From Pecten maximus (lineage: Eukaryota), in the NCBI RefSeq assembly GCF_902652985.1, contig NC_047030.1:5828001-5892000 (forward strand): a stretch of 64,000 nt of DNA, written 5' to 3'. Of the stretch, positions 61,431 through 64,000 are shown piece after piece. Positions within the stretch are counted from its first letter, which is position 1. The number at the start of each line of letters is the position of its first letter. The notes below the pieces were generated by a model that saw only the letters and a list, made by a program, of their open reading frames with translations, searched no databases and was not told the origin of the DNA. A program made the translations under genes and the position numbers.

Positions 61431-64000
61431 TAATAAATATATATGACATCTACATATAGTAAATGTATTGGTGATGATAATAATATTATTATAATAATAA
61501 ACAGCATTTATATAGAACAATTGAACACAAAATTGGTTATATATATTATACTTATGTTTTACAACATTTAGATAGAACAATTTCCAATAACAAACACAAA
61601 AATATGACTATATATATATTACGAATGCTTTACAACATTTAAATATAGCAATTTTCAATTAAAAAAACGTAAGTATTTGTTGATAATACTTACATTATAT
61701 ATACAAAACAATTTTCAATTAGAAAACATAAAATATTTAATTGATATATAATACTACATGTATTACTATAAAACATTTATATAGGATACTTGTCAATTTC
61801 AGTAACACCAAAATGAGATCATTTATATAGAACACTATTTAGTTTAAATGGAAATAAAAAAAACACACTCTATTGTGCTTTATATTACAGGTGAGCTAAT
61901 CGTTCAAATGTTACACAATGGGGCATTCATAAATAGAAGATATTGAATGGCTTCAACTAGACGGCGCCATTTTGATAGGACTGACCAACGCAATTGATAA
62001 GTTTTCTGTTGTTATCGGATAATCTGTGCATGAATAGCTAACGTCAAATATGTATTTTGTCAAAAACTAGTCTGAATATTTCAGAAATACAGCAAAATAA
62101 CCATTTACGTATCTATCATCGTTTCGATTGGAAAACGTTTCAATGAGGTGAAAACAAAGTTTCGCCCTGATTGGTCAAAAACGAAAAACTTATATTTTCA
62201 CTGCAAAACTTTATATTTTCACTGCTCATTTCACTCTCAAAAATGCACACAAAAATATGATTACATATCAGGAACATGATTCACATTTTGTTAATAAAAA
62301 GTCATTAGTTTACGAGAGCAAATTATAAGAATATATACAGGGCGTTAAAGTGTAGACTGTAAAAACAATCTTAAACCTCTTATAATTATAGGGATACAGA
62401 GGGACAAAGGGGTTCAGTAGGGGATATTTTAAATGATCGCGAAAAACAATTAATACGATGAAAATATCGCTGTCATTGAAAGATTGGTTTTGTTTAAGGA
62501 ATTAACCAACTAATATAATGTTAAATTTCATTTCTGCTATCAACTATAAATAATTTATGACATCATGTAAGTGATTGAATTGTAAAAGCAATCCAATATT
62601 TACATTCAACGTATTTTTTTCAATAATAGACAAGTCAGACAACAATAGACATCCTTGAGGAAGTATCTGCAGTTCTTGATATCCGTAATCAATATTCATA
62701 CAGTAACAGAACATGTACAGCAAGACACTTGAAACAAAGGTCATTGTCTTTCAACAACAATAGCCAAATAAAAGCCCCAATTGTTCGGATGTCTAGTAAT
62801 TAGTATTGACATATTTAAATAAACTAGTCCCGCCCTACAAAAGACGGTACATTCTGTTATATTTAAATACTTTGTGACATCATTTTAATCTTTCACAAAA
62901 CTAAATTATATTTTTCCTCGTGTGCTACCTTTAAAAGAAAATGTTTTTATAATAAAAACACATTTTTTTACCTGACATTGCCCGAACGTATTCCAGACAC
63001 CTCCTACGGCGTGAATAATCCCAATATCGGGATATATCAGGTCTACGTTTGGTTGAAAACATTACAATATATATATATTTTATGCTAATAAATCATGCAT
63101 ACTTGTAATCGTGGGAAGACATTTCATTAACATGGCCAATTAACAAACACAGTGGTTGTGGGCAGCATTGTTAGCTTGATCAAGATATCTGCTATTTTGT
63201 TTGACAGACTGTTATGACAGTGATGACAGTATATATTGATTAAACAATGTAGACGGCGTTAAATACTATGTCTCCAACTATTTGGTTAATGTAACGATTT
63301 TGACACGGTTTTTATTTCGGACATATTATTGAGAGGACATTATATTTGAAGCGACTATACCTTAAGATTTAATGATCAAATCAGACGAGTTTAAGAAATA
63401 GCGATACCCGAGCCTACACTGTAAACAACACGCGATGAATTTACCTCGGCTGATGTTTCTTTTTTTTAAATGCTACACGAACAAAGTCGATTGAGTCACG
63501 TGGAATGCATGTGACGAGTCCGTGCAGCGTTCTGATTACGAGCAATAACGCATGCTTTCTTGTAGGACCTGTCGAATTATACACTGGTTAAGGTATTTGC
63601 AAACTACGATTGATGAAGTTTATAAGATATTTTGCCTGAAAACATTTTCCAAGAATTATTTTAAAGTTGTAACCGCTTTAATTTAAGGCTTATTTCAAAA
63701 GCAGACAAATTTTCTATAGATTGATGATATTGATAAAGCTGCTTGGGTATCATTATGATATCCGCTTTCATAAATGTCTGTATAACACAATACATTTACT
63801 CAAGGGCAGCGAAGGCAATATAGACGCCTTGTATTTGTTTGAATTAGTTATGAGTCGCATGTACCTGTCTGTAAGAAAGTTTTCCTCGGCCTTGTAATGA
63901 TGATATTATTTAGTGTGTACGCTGTAGTTAAGGCTGTATTGGGACACATTAATACATAGCGTGACGTACCTGTTAAAACGTTTGACACACCACGCGATCT

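Noticed and set aside
61035-61580. Hydrophobic N-terminal extension of the 505-aa ORF and overlapping ORFs
   Set aside because: This is the 36-bp AT-rich intronic repeat. The true exon starts at the acceptor 61141, homologous to paralog 1.
62972-63042. Possible upstream exon of isomerase-like paralog 2
   Set aside because: It has AG/GT boundaries but no convincing similarity to the corresponding paralog 1 exon in the frame required by the phase-1 acceptor.

Overview
This is eukaryotic, AT-rich, intron-containing and repeat-dense DNA. The SINE, HINE, Penelope and LINE repertoire and the PAN+C-type-lectin gene point to a bivalve mollusc, possibly a scallop; that taxon call is inferred. Host genes: (i) a C2H2 zinc-finger pseudogene (+, 8526-11321). 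It carries a frameshift, a FLYWCH-MULE insertion with an 8-bp TSD and a tRNA-Leu-primed LTR insertion, and its 5' part is tandemly duplicated (4754-8839). (ii) An intact 806-aa zinc-finger gene (-, 16442-18862) with 9 fingers followed by a long Cys-free tail of HxxxH 'half-finger' repeats. (iii) A two-exon CPTP/GLTPD1 ceramide-1-phosphate transfer protein gene (-, 27488-32926). (iv) A three-exon PAN/Apple + non-canonical C-type lectin gene (-, 35457-39820). (v) Two tandem, intact-looking paralogous FAD flavoprotein genes (-, 44054-47606+ and 59990-61140+) whose motifs match the polyunsaturated fatty-acid isomerase family (Cutibacterium acnes PAI / red-algal PFI). This pair is the best candidate for an uncharacterised animal system. 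Mobile DNA includes a Polinton/Maverick-type polB fragment, solo LTRs, several tRNA-containing mini-LTRs (Helenus-like), hairpin MITEs with 8-10-bp TSDs, a LINE with its RT deleted in frame, and many minisatellites, one of which multiplies a consensus splice donor. All homology calls are from motif recognition and recall; no database searches were run.
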